DNA of 64,000 nucleotides from Candidatus Omnitrophota bacterium (GTDB lineage Bacteria; Omnitrophota; Omnitrophia; Omnitrophales; JACROU01): NCBI GenBank assembly GCA_029261035.1, contig JAJDCD010000023.1, positions 237,126 to 301,125 of the forward strand, read 5' to 3'. Shown piece by piece: positions 61,417 to 64,000 of this stretch (position 1 is its first letter; each line of letters starts with the position of its first letter). The notes under the pieces were generated by a model. It saw only the letters and a program-made list of their open reading frames with translations, ran no database searches and was not told where the DNA came from. The position numbers and the translations under genes were made by a program.

Positions 61417-62547
61417 ATGTTTTCGCATAAAGAAATAGAACGTTTGGGCCATATGGAGCATTTAGAAACCCCTATGGTGAGTTGCTACCTTAGCTTTACA
61501 TCAAGTAATCAGTGGAAAAAAGAACTAGAAATAAACCTGAAAGATTGCATTAAAGAAGGTAAAGAAAAACTTGGAAAGTTTCGCTTATCAGAAGATGATC
61601 ACGGATTTTTAAGTACTGATTTAAATCGAGTTAAACACTACTTTGATGACTATCAACGAAATGGGGAACGTGGTGTTATCGTATTCAGTCATGCAAAAAA
61701 AGATTTTTTCTTAGCTAAACCTATTTACCACCCCATCCATAATCGTGTTGTTATTGATTTTGATATTTACTTAAAACCCCTTATGAATTTGTTTCAGCAA
61801 AATAGAAGATATTGTGTTGTTTGTGTCAGCCAGAAAAAAGCCCATGTCTTTGAATTTTTTATGGGACATTTGGAGCGGCAAGAGGAAATTTTTGATGTAA
61901 TTCCTAAAAAAGTAAAATCCGGTGGATTTCATGGTTATGAAGGGAAAAAAATTGAGAGGCACAATCATGAAGAGGTTCGGCACCATTTTAAAACAGTGGC
62001 AAATAAAGCCTTTGAGTTATTTATGCAGGATCATTATGAAGATTTGATTTTAGTGGGAGAACAACACACTGTTAAAGAGTTTGAAACAAACCTCCACTCT
62101 TACTTGAAAGAACGTGTTGTGGGGCGCCTCCATTTAAATCCAGAAACGGAGCTTTCTGCGATTAAGGGAATGGCACAAATCATGGAGAGTGATATTAAGA
62201 GAAAAAAGGATTACCAGATTATTGATCAGCTAATGACCTCAAATCATGAGAAAGGCCTTGGTGTAATCGGCCTAAGCGGAGTGCTTAGAGCTTTGGAACG
62301 AGGAAGTGTTCAACGTCTGATTGTGTCCGAGGACTATTCTCAACCTGGATGGATGTGTTTTGACTGCTCTGTTCTTCGTGCGGATGGGTCTCAGTGCCCT
62401 ATGTGTGGAAAGGAGCTGACTCTTATTCGAGATATTGTGAATCAAGCAGTAGAAGAAGCCATTCATCAAAGAGCTCAAGTGCATCACTTAGCTCCTGATA
62501 TTCCAATTCCAGAACATATTGGAGCACTTCTTCGATTTGCTGTTTAA
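61417..62547 (+). CDS. eRF1/Pelota-fold protein (bacterial eRF1-like) with GGQ changed to GGF and a C-terminal CxxC...CxxC zinc ribbon
   Basis: 376 aa. The segment KKVKSGGFHGYEGKKIERHNHEEVRHHFKTVANKAFELF aligns with the eRF1 domain 2 GGQ-loop region ([30 protein letters not shown]). The domain 3-like segment is GLSGVLRALERGSVQRLIVSED. Zinc ribbon CFDC...CPMCG. Confidence 0.6.
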   Translation: MFSHKEIERLGHMEHLETPMVSCYLSFTSSNQWKKELEINLKDCIKEGKEKLGKFRLSEDDHGFLSTDLNRVKHYFDDYQRNGERGVIVFSHAKKDFFLAKPIYHPIHNRVVIDFDIYLKPLMNLFQQNRRYCVVCVSQKKAHVFEFFMGHLERQEEIFDVIPKKVKSGGFHGYEGKKIERHNHEEVRHHFKTVANKAFELFMQDHYEDLILVGEQHTVKEFETNLHSYLKERVVGRLHLNPETELSAIKGMAQIMESDIKRKKDYQIIDQLMTSNHEKGLGVIGLSGVLRALERGSVQRLIVSEDYSQPGWMCFDCSVLRADGSQCPMCGKELTLIRDIVNQAVEEAIHQRAQVHHLAPDIPIPEHIGALLRFAV

Positions 62548-62591
62548 AACATCGAAGTCAGAATTCAGAGGACTGAAGTCTGAAAAAGTCT

Positions 62592-62684
62592 GTCATCCCC
62601 GCGAAAGCGGGGATCCAGGTTTAATAAAGGATATAAAGGTATTTTAAGACCTTATGGATTCCCGACAAAAGATTTCGGGAATGA
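62592..62684. repeat. Intergenic modular repeats A and B
   Basis: 62592-62623 gtcatccccgcgaaagcggggatccaggttta (module A with a compensatory stem ccccgc/gcgggg). 62655-62684 ggattcccgacaaaagatttcgggaatgac (module B). Confidence 0.55.
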
Positions 62685-62807
62685 CAATTTGTCTTATCGT
62701 TCTTTCAACGTATTGCCAAGTTTATACAGACAAGGAAGTTCCTTCTTACTTTTTTGCAAATCAAAGCAATTCATAATACAATACCCCCTCAACTAAAGAG
62801 GTATTGT

Positions 62808-63722
62808 ATGGGATCTCATAATCAAAAACTTACAGGACGTTATCTCACTATTTTTAGAATTATGATTCTAATTTTAATTTTAAATTGGGGGGTGGCTCTA
62901 GCTAAAACCATTTATGGTTGGATGACCCAATCTGCCAGTATGCTAGCAGATGGAATTCACTCTTTCTCAGATGGAGCGTCTAACCTGATAGGAATGATAG
63001 GGATCTGGTGGGCGTCACAACCTCCAGACGAAGATCACCCTTATGGCCATGAAAAATACGAAACTTTTGCCTCTTTAGCTATTGCGACGTTTTTGTTTAT
63101 CGTGTGCTTCTTTATTCTTAAAGATGCGGTTTTTAATTTATTCTCACCGCGTGTACCCCAAGTAACTGTTATCAGTTTTTTCATTATGATTGTAACCATC
63201 ATAATTAATATTGGTGTTACGATATATGAAAGAAAAAAGGCAAAAGAATTAGGTAGCGACATCCTTATGTCAGATTCGATTCATACTCAAAGTGACATTC
63301 TGACATCTTTTTCAGTAATAGTGTCCTTAGTTTGTATCCAATTAGGATGGCCCATTGTAGATTCGATTGCATCCTTCTTTATTGGAGGTTTTATTGGCTG
63401 GGCCGCATTTGGAATTATTAAAGAAAGTTCGGATGTTTTGTGTGACCGTGTTGTTTTAAATCATGATGAGATTCGTCATGTTGTGAATCAGATTGAGGGA
63501 GTCGAAGATTGTCATGAGATTCGCACACGGGGCAGGAAAGATCATGTCTATGTTGATCTTCATGTTTTGGTCGACCCTAAAATTTCAGTAGAAGAAGGTC
63601 ATGATGTTGCCAATAGAATAGAAGACAACATAAAAGCAAACCTAAAAGTTGTTTATGATGTTTTTGTCCATATAGAACCATCCACCCATCATCATCCGCC
63701 TACGTCGTTAGATAAGAATTAA
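62808..63722 (+). CDS. Cation diffusion facilitator (CDF) family divalent metal efflux transporter
   Basis: Six TM helices, HSFSDG and HxxxD motifs, a C-terminal cytoplasmic domain and a His-rich tail (PSTHHHPP). The start was moved to the ATG at 62808, which is preceded by an AAAGAGG RBS. The ORF-track start at 62754 is a TTG. Confidence 0.8.
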   Translation: MGSHNQKLTGRYLTIFRIMILILILNWGVALAKTIYGWMTQSASMLADGIHSFSDGASNLIGMIGIWWASQPPDEDHPYGHEKYETFASLAIATFLFIVCFFILKDAVFNLFSPRVPQVTVISFFIMIVTIIINIGVTIYERKKAKELGSDILMSDSIHTQSDILTSFSVIVSLVCIQLGWPIVDSIASFFIGGFIGWAAFGIIKESSDVLCDRVVLNHDEIRHVVNQIEGVEDCHEIRTRGRKDHVYVDLHVLVDPKISVEEGHDVANRIEDNIKANLKVVYDVFVHIEPSTHHHPPTSLDKN

Positions 63723-63732
63723 AAGGACAATA

Positions 63733-64000
63733 ATGGAAACAAAAGACCCTATTGGAAAAGAAACTTTGGAACGTCTTTCGCAAGTGGACGCTTACAGTGC
63801 TTGGCAATATAAAGCGATAAAACGTTATGTGGGTAATCGTGTGATGGAGATTGGTTCTGGTATTGGGAATATCTCTTCGTTTTTACTCGATTCAGAGAAA
63901 CTGGTTCTTACGGATGTGAACGAAGAGTACCTTTCTATTCTGAGTAAAAGATTTAAGAGTAAAAAAAATGTAAAGGTAGGACCCTTTAATTTGGATACGG
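63733..64000 (+). CDS. Class I SAM-dependent methyltransferase, 3'-truncated by the window edge
   Basis: An AAGGA RBS 6 nt upstream of the ATG. Motif I VMEIGSGIGNIS. Confidence 0.6.
   Translation, partial: METKDPIGKETLERLSQVDAYSAWQYKAIKRYVGNRVMEIGSGIGNISSFLLDSEKLVLTDVNEEYLSILSKRFKSKKNVKVGPFNLDT

Noticed and set aside
42242-62684. CRISPR array interpretation of the recurring GTCAT-headed repeats
   Set aside because: Copies are not regularly spaced direct repeats separated by unique spacers. They occur as 1-3 heterogeneous modules per site, in both orientations, at four separate loci. No cas genes are present.
62754-62807. N-terminal 18 codons of the CDF transporter ORF as called in the ORF track
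   Set aside because: The track start is a TTG with no RBS. An ATG at 62808 preceded by AAAGAGG at optimal spacing is the more plausible start.

Overview
This is a low-GC (roughly 35-40% by eye) bacterial chromosomal window centred on the replication-origin neighbourhood. On the minus strand it carries tRNA-Ser, serS, gyrA, gyrB, a DUF721/DciA-like gene, dnaN and dnaA, with DnaA-box clusters on both sides of dnaA. Further along are cysH and cysC, tatC and tatA, a UvrD-like helicase-nuclease, a glucan-utilisation cluster (ROK regulator, secreted hydrolase, GH94 phosphorylase, sugar-binding lipoprotein), ndk, parBA, mnmG, a higBA toxin-antitoxin pair, a deoxyhypusine-synthase-like gene, a TPR lipoprotein, yidC-yidD-rnpA-rpmH and an Rrf2 regulator.

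The most unusual region is 34.3-57.1 kb. Two very large secreted proteins (2631 aa and 4546 aa) begin with homologous N-terminal domains of about 450 aa and are separated by a type IV pilin/pseudopilin-like gene. Both are punctuated by a recurring A-[AS]-S-L-G pentapeptide that is encoded with different codons at each occurrence. The first carries a Nudix box and two polytopic membrane blocks. The second carries two class I methyltransferase-like domains and two internal tandem repeat arrays, about nine units of ~105 aa and about seven of ~90 aa.

Downstream, a Ski2-like SF2 helicase sits divergently from a two-gene unit whose second gene is an eRF1/Pelota-fold protein with GGQ changed to GGF and a CxxC zinc ribbon. 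This is a candidate bacterial RNA-surveillance or ribosome-rescue module.

Several intergenic regions (42.2, 59.1, 61.2 and 62.6 kb) contain a modular family of short structured repeats that begin with GTCAT and show compensatory stem changes. A separate ~50-nt hairpin element occurs at 16.5 kb and 59.4 kb.

I found no CRISPR array, rRNA or recognisable IS element. Everything here comes from reading the sequence and from motif knowledge. No database searches were run.
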